From Octopus sinensis (taxonomy: Eukaryota): 64,000 bases of DNA. The notes beneath the pieces were generated by a model that saw only the letters and a program-made list of their open reading frames with translations, searched no databases and was not told the origin of the DNA. The stretch lies in NCBI RefSeq assembly GCF_006345805.1, contig NC_043003.1, positions 81,654,001-81,718,000 on the forward strand. The letters are read 5' to 3'. Shown in pieces: positions 38,231-51,811 of this stretch. The first letter of the stretch is position 1; the number at the start of each line of letters is the position of its first letter. The translations under genes were made by a program, and so were the position numbers.

Positions 38231-41200
38231 GTGTGTGTGTGTATGTATAAATATATGAATGTAAGTGTGTGTGTATACACGGGTCACACGTTTTCAAATA
38301 TTCTGTTTCTCATGCTAAGGTAGTCGTCATTTGGATTACCTATCATCTGTGCCGTAGAATCACACTCCAAACCGTACTGACCATCTAGGTTATGAGTAAT
38401 TATAAAAATAAAATTAATATCAGTTATAAGAAGTTAGTAACATGCAGATATATTAACAGCAGAATAGTGTGCAGGAATATATTCATGGAAGATATAGTCC
38501 CATAAATATCAAACACACTCGATTTTATACATACAACATATAGATGCATATATATGTGAAGAATTCGTATTGTAATAGTTGCGAAATTTATAGGAAGGTA
38601 AACGTTAGAAATGTTTTTAATGATATCTATATATCTACACTCCTAAGTACTCCCGTCGACCGACCCCGATTATTTGAACATCAAAATAGGACTTGTATTA
38701 GGTACATGATATATTTGAGGACAAATAATTCCCTCAGTCTGTTGTAACAATCAGAACTCTGATGAATTTATTGACTAGATTTTAAGAGAATGCAGCGATT
38801 TATGTGATATCAAAAATGTTTAATATATATAAAAATAATGTATCCGGCTTATATCGATTGAATCTACAGTAGTATGTTCTAATGTACAAGTCTTTAATAT
38901 GATCTTCGTTCCTCCTATCAAATAGCGAAAATAACCTTTATTAGCCTTAGTGGTGGACTTCTGAGACTAATAGACTGACTCCAGTGTTTAATGTCTATAG
39001 CGTGCTGGAACTTCGTCACTGATTGATTTTCCATCCTGATTTACTCTATATGTTGGTCAGTGAACTTAATTTTGAAATGTCTGGGAAACGTTTTCTACAA
39101 GAGTATTACATGTGTTCATTAAACTAAAATGAAGTTTATCTATAAATTCAAATTAAATTATGTCTGGAACGCTTACACTTAATAATGCAAACTATCAGTT
39201 GTTGTGGTAATTAAGTTATTCCTGATAATTTGATCTTATGTATCCCAAATACAAAATCACACAAATATTACATAGATAATTTATTAAATGCATAACTAAA
39301 TTGACTTTCCTTCTTAAACAAATGTCACGATGTAGTAATGCATATAAAGCTTGCTTCAGTATACACATATAATTATTAAAGGCATTCCCGCTATAAAAGG
39401 TTGTCTGGAGGAAATTTCCTCTGAAATAAAACAGAAATCTTCAGAGACAAAAGATGAGATATAAGCACGTTGGTAGACTAATAGCCTCACTTACTTTTTG
39501 CTATAAGATAGCTAAATCTTTTAACCAGTCGAAATTTGTAATACAATGTATTATTTTTGTGTCTTAATTAGTGGAGAAAGAATAGCTTCCATATCATTTG
39601 TTACTCCTCTGACAATTGTAGGTAAGTGTATTTGGCAGGAAGCAAACCACACCACAATAACTACTGCTGAGAGCAAACCACAAAGATATCGAGTTATCAA
39701 TAGATTGAAAAATTCGGATAGAGACAATCAAGAACCAGGTGTGTTAGCATAGGAGACGGATTATGTGTAATTCTCAGCAGTTATTATTAAACATGAATTA
39801 AGTATTAATTATACATCACATAAGGTAACAGCTACGATAATGTCAGTAGGTTTACAAATAGACGAACGTATTACTAAGAATGGTGTTTCGATGGATCGCT
39901 TTAGAAAATTAATAATCTCGTTACATATCGCGGTTTCATTAAGATTTTACTTATCTATTAATTGAAACAAAAGGAAAATTACGGTATTTTAAACTATATA
40001 AGACTCACACAAGATTAAAGGGTAGTATATTGGGTAAGTTTATAATTTCATGAGAAATAATTTCTATTTCATCTAAATGAAAATAGATTTCTGATAATTA
40101 CTTGCGTAAGTTTAAATTCTAATAGATTTTTGAGCGATTATAAACTAATTAATTTTTTTCTTCATATTTTTCAAGTATTAAACTCCACTATATGCTGTAT
40201 ACTCTAATAGTTTCAACACTAAATTTAACGTAATGGATATATATAGGTTCAGAAGACGTTATTTAAATTTGGGCTGAGATAAAGAAGCATAACCATCTAA
40301 CAAATTATTTCTTGGTCCCTGATTTCAGGAAAATAACTTCATAGGCTATGAATTAAGTATAACGAATTTATCGTAAGGTAAAATACTTCAGAAAATATGA
40401 GTAAAACTAATATGTTAATTTTAATCAAAGTTGATTTCAAAATATCTTCTTTAATGCTGTTTCGCATTACAGATATTTTTCATCGCCAGTATAGTAGTAT
40501 AGTAGAAAGTGCCTTGAGATACAAGCTGGTGTATCATATGCTAAATATATGAAACAATATTTTGCGCATTATATTTGAACGTAATACTGTGATTCACTAG
40601 ATATTTTTGTTTCATTACGAACTATTTTTCTCTCTAATATGTTGTGTATCATATTTCATGGCTAAATTAATTTTGGTTCTTAATTCTCATCGCTGATCCT
40701 CTGAGTAATATTGTATTGAATTAAAGTTGAATAAATTAGATATATGATATGGCATTCAAAATCATTTTGGAGTGATTCACCATTCTATGAAAAGTTTGGC
40801 ACGACAAACGTAAAACAACAATTATCATTTCCAATGTATTGATTCATATTACTATCGCATACATAATATTTGAAAATCCAATTTAAAATATAGTTCGCTC
40901 AGTATTATAATATATGGTTAAATGAATCACTATGCTTAGTTTACTGCAATTAAAATTTCGCTCCTCTGGCGATAGACAAAATATACCAGGAAATATATGG
41001 AAAACAAGAATTATTAATTACTAATTAAGATGAGACACGCACGCGCGCATACACATACACGAAAACACATACTCCCACAGAAGCTGACCACATTGATGCT
41101 GTCGCACACTCTAAAGATGATCTTAGAAGCCTCAAAATTTCAATGCTTGTAAGGAGATGGACCTCCCAGCAAATATCGATAAATCTTATATTTTTATCAA

Positions 41201-41739
41201 CCTTGCCATCGTATGCATTATACAATATGGATGTATGGTAATATGATCATATATTTGTTCATCATAAAGTCGTATATACATTCTGCATAGGAAACAGCAA
41301 TTTATATGAAAGGCAGATGCATCCCTTGATGACAAAATTGCTAATGTAATTCAAAATACATGAATATGGTTTGGAAAACTATGTTATTAATCTGGTCTGA
41401 GGTTTATCTATAAAACCTGACACTGAAATATCCATTTCAAGCAGGCAATGTGTCCTCTTGTATTGGAGCGAAATACGTACACTACTTTTAAAATATTTTA
41501 AACGTTCGGAGAATTTTGAATGAAAATGCTTTGACAAATTTTGCATTTATTTTAGAGAGGTCATGCCTCCCATTCTGAGAAAGTAAGGGTTATATCTATC
41601 TATCTATCATCCGTTTGTCTGTCTTTTATTTTGCTCTACGTTTAGCTCCTTGTGGGCAATAATGAAATAAATATATCTATCTTTCTATCTATCTATCTAT
41701 CTATCTCTCTATCTATATTTTATATATATATATATAAAG

Positions 41740-41945
41740 TTAATCCAAACAAGAAAACACAAAAAAAACACAACAACGCGAGGACGTGGAACAAATATAG
41801 TATTGTTGGACGTTCAGGAAAGAAGGGAAGAAGGAGGGTTTAACGTTTCGAGCGGAGCTCTTCGTCGGAAACATAGGAGAAGGAAAGATCCAGAGAAGGG
41901 AAGACAGAGGAAAAAAAATCGCCAACGGTACACACGAGGTCACAT
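41740..41945 (-). mobile_element. PLE-type repeat F1, copy 3 (HHR at 41838-41872)
   Basis: Minus strand gttt-CCGACGA-a-gagc tcc gctc-GAAA-cg-TT-aaac. Confidence 0.78.
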
Positions 41946-41946
41946 T

Positions 41947-42040
<94 letters not shown>

Positions 42041-42050
42041 CATATGTATA

Positions 42051-42443
42051 TCTCTATATATAAAAGTAAGGTTGTGTGTCTGTCTACTCCGATTTAGATT
42101 CCTAACTACTCCCACATTTTGCGGTGCAGTTTAACCAAAACCGGGTATCTTATAGTCGTGATTCATATCGAGCCCTTCTGTGAATTAGCGCGCGTCTACG
42201 ATGAGTCTACGATTTTAAAAATAATTTACCATCATTTTTTTGCATTTTAATGCATATTGCTTTTAATATAAGGGAAGTAATTCTCTAAAAATGTCTACGA
42301 TGAGTTAACGATTTAAAAAAAAATTACTATAATTCTTTTTCCATTTTTAATGCATTTTTTGCTATTTTTGGGCTATAACTCTCTAAAAATGCTTTATAGC
42401 TATTTCCCTTACAAACCCGAGCAACGCCGGGCAATACTGCTAG
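42051..42443 (+). mobile_element. Non-autonomous Helitron, family H1, copy 1
   Basis: A|TC start, 3' hairpin cccgagcaacgccggg then CTAG|T; homologous to 56226-56620. Confidence 0.85.
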
Positions 42444-42469
42444 TTTACATATATAGTGAGAGAGAGAGA

Positions 42470-42710
42470 CGGACATGAATGACTATGTATGACCATGAGT
42501 TTGTACCTACAAAGTTATCCTCCCAGGCACATGTCTGAGAAAGGTTGTTTATGGAAGAACATCAGTGGCCCATACACACCAGCCTCCTCTCTCCACACCA
42601 CCGATGCTATCCAAGGGAAAGGCAAAGGCTGATGCAGCAACCTGGTCCGGGAATCTAACTCACTACCTTATGATTGTGAACCAGACGATTTAACCACTGA
42701 GTCATGTATA
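42470..42710 (-). mobile_element. Decayed SINE-like repeat
   Basis: tRNA-head-like end (gggaatctaactcactacc...ttaaccactgagtcatg). Confidence 0.5.
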
Positions 42711-42766
42711 TATAAATATATATAATATTAATTAACAGGAGATAGATTCAGTATTAAAATTTTATT

Positions 42767-42815
42767 GGGTCCAACATATGTTTCGACCGATCAGTCTGGG
42801 TCTCATTAGGTATAT
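42767..42815 (-). ncRNA. Degenerate minimal HHR (family F4)
   Basis: CTAATGA-gacc...ggtc-GAAAC-atat-GTT; G5A change and broken stem I. Confidence 0.45.
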
Positions 42816-44762
42816 CGATAACGATATGTTTTACTGCATATTTTTTAGTGTCGGCTGGTTTGTTATATGTCCATCAAGTTACGGAGTGAATAAAACTAAA
42901 TAATATTACAGAAATTCAAAAAAATTCAAATATTAAAGTGGAAATCTTGCGTTCTAGTTTAGATAATATGACCTAATCAGCTTTCGCTGTCATAACTACT
43001 TAGAGGAAAAAGAAAATAGAAGGAAGACGGATGAGCGTTTTTAACTAAATAGAGTGGATCAGCTTGAAATACAGTTCCAAATTCTAGGAAACAACGTACA
43101 GCATACATAGGAATCATACGATCGTGAACGCCAAAGCCTAACCACTAGGCCATGCTATATTTTGCAGCTTATATATTAATATTTTCATATGTATGCTTAA
43201 ATACACGCATACATACAGGGGCGGGATATTTAAGTGTATATAATTTTTAATACACACATTTTATATACAAGCCTATATAATACATACATACCTCGTACCA
43301 CTGACTGAAACCGATAAAGCTAGTATTGGAACTACTGGTAACCTTGAAATCATGCACGCTTGCTGAAAACAGCTTACCAGTGCGAGCTTTTACAAGGAAT
43401 AAGGTATGTGACTGTTTCTAACCTCTGTAACGACACTCTACAAAGAGCTAATGTAACAGTAAATGGTAAAAAGAATTACTGGGTTTTTTTTCTGAAAACA
43501 AGTGAAACTTTCCATCACAAAAACAATTTTTTTATCGGTTGACTGATATAAGGACTGATCAGCAAAATATTTGTTCGGTGAAGTAATAAGAAAGAGGGCG
43601 ACTTAGTTTTGGCTCAGAGATCCAGGTGCTTCTGACTAATCAGACACATTTCCAAACAAATGTGTCCCAGAATCCAATGCATCAATGAGCCGAGTGTGTT
43701 GAACACACTGACATCAAAATAGGGATATCTTATTACCCTATGACGTACACTAAAACGATCAGCATATTTTGCATCCGAAACTGCTTGGACGCATTAAGAG
43801 TAAATACGCAAATGACACTTCATTTTATATTACTATATAAAAAGTAAATTATTTTCATCGGTTGTCATTTAGAAATACTTCTATAAGTATCGGTGGAATG
43901 CTCTACTAAAAACGAATAAAATCTTGGTTACCCTTTTTCAAATTTGCATAGAACACTTCTGTATATTTCTCAAAAAGTCTTTTGGAAGTTAATTGAAAAG
44001 CTTCCGTAAATTGAATCTAGCTTAATATTTATTGAGGAATCCTCATGAACAGGAAAATCCTTTCTACAACCGACCTATATTTCTGTTATTGTGTGAAAGC
44101 ATTTTCTAATCGGTTTTGAGAAACCACAGAGATATCGGTCTACTTCATCGCGCAAAACCTCAAATATTATGACATCCAATAGCTAAGAGGTTTTTTGTTT
44201 GGTGCCCTCAAATGTCATTTCATCTAGTGAAAGTCCTATGGTGATGGTAGAGTGGCAACATGTGCAGACTTAACCGCCAGTTGGAAGAGCACAGTAAGTT
44301 AGCAACCTTCGTTTGTCACTTACACTTCTGCAACGGTGTTGAAGAGAGATCTGAAAAGTTATGAATGGAAAGTTAGAAATACCATTGACAACGAGAAATC
44401 ACAATTATCTGTGACGATGTAGCAATATACAGAAATAGAAAAGAAAACATAGAGTGACTGTGACACAAAAAAAATGAGAAATACAAGGTTTTAGTAGCAA
44501 AATAAAAATTCACTTTACTATAGGCTCAAGACATGAAGTTTTGGAGGAGGAATCTGGTCGATGACCTCGACTTCAGTTCACAGTTCACAATTTTTTTATC
44601 GATCCCGAGAGAATTACCGGCAAAGTCGATCTTAGCGGATTTTGAATTGAGAGTGTAGATTCATGCATACACAACCATACACACACATTCTCACGTACGT
44701 CTATGCATATAGACAAAAACACATACACACAAACATATGTATATGCATATATAGATACACAT

Positions 44763-44809
<47 letters not shown>

Positions 44810-44919
44810 AGCAATAGCACTCGTTAAAAAGCAGTACTTTACTGGAAAGCTTGGAATACGACATCCTGCTAGAACGAAATTAAATTTTCTATTGGTGTTC
44901 ATGTTGGAAAGACGGTAAG

Positions 44920-45110
44920 CAAGCAAGACTGTTAACACGTCGGATAAAATGTTTTTTCGGCATTTCGTCCGTTTTTACGTTCTGATTTCAAATTTCGTCG
45001 GGGCCGACTTTGTTTTGCATTCATTTGTAATCGATGAAACAAACTCTAGCAAAGTACTATAAGGACCGAAATTCCAGGCCTCGTGTCGGTTGTAGAAAGG
45101 ATTTTCCTGT
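44920..45110 (+). mobile_element. Decayed SINE family A
   Basis: ggcatttcgtccgtttttacgttctgatttcaaatttcgtcggggccgacttt. Confidence 0.6.
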
Positions 45111-45474
45111 TGTAAAGTGACAATGCTTTCTGAGAGAGTTCTCTGAAAGAAGAAAATAGAAAGAATCCGAGAAACAAAGCGATCATATAATAATCTTTAA
45201 GCCTACACATTACAATATGCATACATTAAAATATTTGAAGAGAAATGCGTCTGGGAATAATTAAGAATCGTAATAGAGTACGTACTTATCACAGAATATG
45301 TTAGTTATTGTATGAGGGGTGGTGGTGAAATGAGAGTTACTGGGAGATGATGGACACCATCATCGATCTTACCGTTTTTCGGAATCAAAATGTAATTGAG
45401 AGCCAAAGAACGTATCCCAAATAGTTTGTTATTGACGATCCGCTATAAACATAGTAACTTTTGTTTTAATTACC

Positions 45475-45890
45475 TATTTCTTTACTACCCACAAGGGACT
45501 AAACACAGAGAGGACAAACAAGGACAGACATAGGTATTAAGTCGATTACATCGACCCCAGTGCGTAACTGGTACTTAATTTATCGACCCCGAAAGGATGA
45601 AAGGCAAAGTCGACCTCGGCGGAATTTGAACTCACAACGTAACGGCAGACGAAATACCTATTTCTTTATTACCCACAAGGGGCTAAACATAGAAGGAACA
45701 AACAAGGACAGACATAGGTATTAAGTCGATTACATCGACTCCAGTGCGTAACTGGTACTTAATTTATCGACCCCGAAAGGATGAAAGGTAAAGTCGACCT
45801 CGGCGGAATTTGAACTCACAACGTAACGGCAGACGAAATACCGCTAAGCATTTCGCCCGGCGTGCTAACGTTTCTGCCAGCTCGCCGCCT
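45475..45890 (-). mobile_element. Young SINE family A with internal 184-bp tandem duplication
   Basis: Units start at 45471 and 45655; one 11-bp TSD ttttaattacc at 45464-45474 and 45891-45901. Confidence 0.92.
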
Positions 45891-46198
45891 TTTTAATTAC
45901 CGGTGTGCTTTTCAGCAAATTATGTCGATTCTCGAGCCACACACACAAGCGTCAACACAGTTTCAGTATCACATGATGTCGATGAAAATATAGCAACTAC
46001 AGTTAACGTCAATTCTTGTCTACATGAATTAATTTTCGCTCTATTGTGAATTATTGTTTTCCATTCAAACGTTGTAAGCTTTAAAGAGTTGGCAATGCTA
46101 GAAATTTTTATTTCTATATTTATACTTATTTTCTATTTGAAGATATATAGTTATTTTTCATTTCTATATTTATGCTTATTTTCCATATATCATATATC

Positions 46199-46450
46199 TA
46201 TTTCTTTACTACCCACAAGGTGCTAAACACAGAGGGGACAAACAAGGACAGACAAACGGATTAAGTCGATTATATAGACCCCAGTGCGTAACTGGTGCTT
46301 AATTTATCGACCCCGAAAGGATGAAAGGCAAAGTCGACCTCGGCGGAATTTGATCTCAGAACGTAGCGGCAGAAGAAATACGGCTACGCATTTCGCCCGG
46401 TGTGCTAACGATTCTGCCAGCCCACCGCCTTTTCCAGCCCACCGCCCTAA
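46199..46450 (-). mobile_element. Young SINE family A
   Basis: 21-bp TSD attttccatatatcatatatc at 46178-46198 and 46451-46471. Confidence 0.92.
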
Positions 46451-46454
46451 ATTT

Positions 46455-46912
46455 TCCATATATCATATATCGTCAATTGTTCGGCGATGGTCCTTCAAGA
46501 TCAGTTCACGAATCATTGTGACGTTTTCCTTCGTTCGGGTAGTTGCCGGTCGTCGCCCTGAGCGAGGGTGGTATTCAAGCAACAAGTGACCATTCCTAAA
46601 GCGGGAAAACCACTCGTAAGCTCGTGTTTTGTACATGACAGCATCCTTGTAAGCTATCTGAAGCATGACAACTGTTTCGGCCACCGTTTTCCCATGCTGT
46701 TCCTTGGTTTCAGCCATTGCAAAATTCAACGAACAGGGGAGAAGCACTGCAAAACAAAGACGCATCGAGCGGACGCCGCCAATCGGCAGACTGATGCGTG
46801 AAGGTCACATCAAGGGATATCAGGTGATCACATCCGTCTTTCGGCAGAATCCTTAACTACAACGGGCTAGTCTTACAAAGAACTTTTCTGGTTACTTTTG
46901 GTACCTCCTTTT
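46455..46912 (-). pseudogene. Mariner transposase 5' fragment (HTH region)
   Basis: GKTVAETVVMLQIAYKDAVMYKTRAYEWFSRFRNG...PRSGR-P-TTRTKENVTMIRELILKDHRRTIDDI. Confidence 0.88.
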
Positions 46913-47239
46913 ATATATCACCCCGGCACTGCCTGGTTGTTATGATCTACAATCCATTATATATATATATATATATATATATTGTATAGAGGGCATTATT
47001 ACACATAAATGCCTCACACTAAGAGGGACAAAGTCATTACTACCAAAATTACACTAATCATACACTAATCATAGTGTGAGGCATTTATGTGTAATAATGC
47101 CCTCTATACAATATAGATATAATTAATTTGTTCAAGAGAAAAAAATTATTTTCGAATTCTTTTCTTTTATGAGGTTTTCACGCTAACTACCTGATAATTT
47201 CTTGTTAAGATTCCTTATTAAGAAGTTATCCTTAATTGT

Positions 47240-47294
<55 letters not shown>

Positions 47295-48499
47295 TCAGTT
47301 TTCGAGTTCAAGCGGAACGTACCCAAAACACGCAGTGCATTCCGGCGTTGTCCGGATAGTTGATAACAATAGCACTACGATCAACTGATACTGCAATATA
47401 TGTCTCTGCTAAGAAAAAATTGATTTGAAATTGTACCAATCAGTGAACACAGTGTGCATCCCGACCAATGAAGGGACATAACCGTGGGTGGACTCACGTG
47501 TGTATGTGTCCTTATTTTGCCCTCGCATAGTTACGCGGTGTTGGTGTCTTCATTGAGGTTGTCCATCGCACCACTCGCACTATAGTACACGCTCAGCCAC
47601 TGTGAAAAATAAGGAGATTGTAGCAAAATCCATACGTCAATAATTTCTTATAGGATAGTGAGGAGAGTGGTATATCAAACAAAGCTTGATTTTACATGCA
47701 GTAAAATACTGTATATTCCTCTTTTCACGATTCAGCTGATGTTCTTTGAAATCATACATTACTAATGGCTTAATATTCCAAGAAATAATCAAAAATACGA
47801 GATATAGCTGCTTGGCACCAAAAATTCTAACATGGGAAAGTAAAGACGAAATGAAAATATAAGTCTGTTTCCTATTAAAATAAGGACTGAAATATATCAA
47901 AATATTGCATATAAACATACTAAAATAAAATTTCATTAGACAGAATATTTTGAATTTACTTCGTTTTATGTACAGAACACTTAATTTTAATTCCTGATCC
48001 AGAGTAATTTTGAATTTTCTAATGTTTTATGTTGTCATATGTAATGGAAGTTGTGTAGTCATACTCTAAATTTGACTTCATACACGTCACCTCGTCAAGC
48101 TGATTACCTTAGAAATATTTACAACCTTTGTGAATTAGCTAAGTACTTTGTAGATTACGGCAAATATTCCAATGAAAAACTTAAGTCTTATTGACTTATT
48201 CGTTATTTTATTATTACGTATGGATTTAATATGTATAAAGACATCTACACTCATATTACTCTCTGTCATCGAATGGAGAAAATAATACTCAGTACATAGG
48301 TTAGAGTATATGACTTACTTCAATTGAATTCCTTTCTCACTAGTCAAGTTTCACAATACAGCAAACGTCATGTGAGTACTGCTATTTACTTGGTTATCCT
48401 GTGCATGTATATCCCTCAGACTTGAGCAGAATGTGCGTTCTTTCTGGCATACAGAAACATATTTCCTGCGATCTATATGCACCAAAATTGGATTCGTTA

Positions 48500-48770
48500 G
48501 CCGATAAAGCTGTCCCTTAGTTTCTAGATGCGTTTTGATAAAGTCGTGGTGTTCCTGTTGACAGAGAATCTGTGTGATGACTCATAAGTATAATATCTTT
48601 CTTGAAATCATCATCACCTGTACCAATGTATTTTTTCTTATCGACCACTCTATTTTTCTGCGATTGATGTGATTTCGACTTTTTATAGTCCTTACTTAGG
48701 TCATGCACACTGAACATTTCTATATTTTGGCAAACCTACAAAATATCTACAAATAAAGCATACAAAAAAA
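48500..48770 (-). pseudogene. Decayed PLE GIY-YIG endonuclease fragment
   Basis: KKKYIGTGDDDFKK(R)YN...; inverted homologue of 49590-49830. Confidence 0.6.
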
Positions 48771-49589
48771 AATTACAAACACAGTTACAATTAAGCATTT
48801 GTACATTTGTTTACAAACTTTTTCTATTGATTCTTCTCTGATGTTAAACTCTAGGAGAGAATTATCTCAATGACCAGCCAATAAAAAACTGAGGAAAAGA
48901 ACATGTGGAAGAACAGACAACCCAGTTAACTGGTTGAATTGCGGTAGCATGATATAAGAATTACGACAAAGTATTTCGAAGTACATTATTTACAGTTGAC
49001 GGATATTTGTCCTCATCTTGTGAGAGAGTATAGACAGGAAGTCGTAAGAATTCATTTTGGTATTTTGTCGGAATATCGTTTGTTGATTCGTGTATAGTTC
49101 GTGGAGAGTTTGTTATATTGTTAGGTTGCTGTTACCCTGCTTCGTTATATATAATATTGTCCCTACACAGTTATAGCGTAAACATGTATCGTCATAAATA
49201 GTCGCTATACTGCAACAATTGGCGACGCGTAACTACGTTACAATATTATGTTAGCAGCAATAAACCTTACGTATCATAGGTCAAGCTGCTGCCTCTATTA
49301 TCTAGCATTCCTCAGGTCTGTTATCAAATATGGTTACCGGCAGTACGAAACTTTGTGAGAAAATAAACCTGCTTGAGTTGTGTTTGAAACTGCAGTATCT
49401 CAGTTCAATTCAAAACCTTAATTCTTCTTTGCTGGAACATTTTCAGAAAAGCTAATGAGAGGAAGAAATCTTAATTAGAGGACAAAGTTTATTATTTTCT
49501 AAAAAAACTCACTTAAGTGTTGTTTCTTGTGTTTTTGGGCAAGTTTGTAGCTTTAAGTTTATTGTATCTCTGCTTGATTTTTGTGCCTA

Positions 49590-49830
49590 ATTTGTAGTTA
49601 CTTTGTAGCTTTGCCAAAGTATAGAAAGGTTCAATGAGCATGACCTAAAGTCAGTACTATAAACAGCCGAAGACACATCAATAGCAGAAAAATTTATAAT
49701 GGTTCAAAAGAAAATGTACTTTGGTGAAGGGGATTTCAAGAAAGATATAATAAGTATGAGTCATTACTCAGATTCTCTGTGAAAAGAAACACCACGACAT
49801 TCAAGCATATTTTGTCTATGAGATCTTTGG
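49590..49830 (+). pseudogene. Decayed PLE GIY-YIG endonuclease fragment
   Basis: LKSVL*TAE...EGDFK(K)RYNKYESLLRFSVKRNTTTFKHI resembles PLE GIY-YIG C-terminal half. Confidence 0.6.
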
Positions 49831-50289
49831 TCATTTATGAAGTGTGAGGGCTAGCGTTGTCGTGATGGAAGGAAAAGAACGTGGAAGAATGTAACAGAAC
49901 AGAAATCCCTAGGAATTGGCTGAATTGTGGTAGCATCGTATATGACTTATGATATAGTATTTCAAATTACATGTATATGTGTGTGCGAGTGTGTGTATAT
50001 ATATATATATATATATGAGTGTGTCTTTATGCGCCTGCGTGTATTTGTGTCCGTGTCAGTATTTGTGTGTGCATAACATGGGTCTGTTTGTTAAGCTGCT
50101 TTGAAATATATACTGTTGTCAGTATACATCGGCCCTTTATGTTTGATTATCATCTAGTAGCTCGTGATGAATCATTCCATGCATATACTACCATACACTC
50201 GGAAGAATCTTCCTTGGATGTAGGCCAATTCTGAGTTGCTGAGTTGGGTTTCCCCCACATCTGAGTCACTGATATTTTCTTTTAACATT

Positions 50290-50560
50290 ATGGTAAAGTA
50301 TCCATGTTTCATGTCCTTAATTATCCTGTTGAAAAAAAGGGCATTTGCAGCGCACGATATTGCTATAAGGCGCAGTAGTCAACACGTTGATTAATTGTTC
50401 AGAAATCGTTGACTCATATGAAATTATCTAGGGAAAAAGACGTATTCTTATCAATAAAACGTATGACAAAATTATTCGATGGATATGATTGCGCCTTTCA
50501 CACAATCCTTCCAACTGGAGATAGTTTACTTAAAACGAGCCTTTTTTTTTCCAGTATATT
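50290..50560 (-). pseudogene. Possible decayed mariner catalytic-domain fragment
   Basis: ccatgtttcatgtccttaattatcctgttgaaaaaaaggg resembles the reverse complement of the FxxRIITGDEKW motif. Confidence 0.3.
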
Positions 50561-51247
50561 GTGCCAAGACCATTTCTTTCTAGCGACTATTTTCTAAAGT
50601 AAGAGAACCTGTCTCCTAATATCTTATAATTCAACGTCTAGATTCACAATCAAGCTGGCTTCTTTCACTCCTATATTTTTCCCTCTTTTCTTATTTCTCC
50701 CTCACTCTCAATCTAATCTCTCATCGTTACTGTTTCTATCATACTTCCTTAAACTGTAACTACATTACACATACAATATTTTACTAATATTTACTGATTA
50801 CAATCATGTCAAATTTCGCTTCAGCTGCATCAGTATTCTATATTACACTACTACAAGCATAGAGTTATTTCTATTTGCGGTTACTTGTACTTTAGTACAA
50901 TAGCTTTACTATACATACATCCATACATACATACATACATACATACATAAATACATACATACATATATACATACATATATACATACATAATCTCACACTT
51001 ACATTCATGCATGCATTCATATACACACAAATATATAGCAAAATGGCAAATGAAAGACGGAAGATACAATATACGAGAATTCATTATAAAACACGACATT
51101 TGTTTCGATACATCTAGCATCGATTTCTCATGGGCGGGACACTCAACAACTGGTTCATTTGACAAACCTAACGATCACTGCGAAAGTGACCGTGTTTTTC
51201 TAGTAAGCTACCAGGAGTGAACCACTGGTCCACTGGTTTTATTAGCC

Positions 51248-51480
<233 letters not shown>

Positions 51481-51763
51481 GTATGAAAGAAAGTGGACAC
51501 ATCTTTTGCTAACCAGATAAATATCAATTTATTTTCTAAAATGAATTTTGTGTGCATATTTGTCTGTTCTTCTTCTTTTGTTGAGGCATACGTGCAAATG
51601 TTTGTATGAGTGTATAAGGCCAAAATCATACAGCTATTCTATTCATCAGTACATCTTGTAAACTAGATGCCAGGATTCTGGCAATATTGTAAAATGTTGT
51701 TAATATTCGGATTTATTTCGGCAAAATATATCTTATATTTCCTTTTCTTCTTTATTCAAATAG

Positions 51764-51811
51764 CTGAAGGCTCCATGTGGACGGGATGGTGGACATATGA
51801 AGGCATTTCAG
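51764..51811 (+). CDS. 48-bp phase 1-1 exon of an unidentified gene (-EGSMWTGWWTYEGIS-G)
   Basis: Long polypyrimidine tract tttccttttcttctttattcaaatag|, donor CAG|gtaaag, GC-richer than flanks, phase matches next exon. Confidence 0.7.

Noticed and set aside
43750-43790. ctaaaac...gcatcc-GAAAC HHR-like trace
   Set aside because: Core and stem I cannot be recovered
50190-50235. cggaagaatcttccttggatgtaggcc, resembling a decayed HHR
   Set aside because: No intact CUGA core or GAAA
51085-51140. Minus-strand GAAAC-aaat-GTC motif with a CCCATGA core-like segment
   Set aside because: Two core mismatches and weak stems; at most a long-dead HHR
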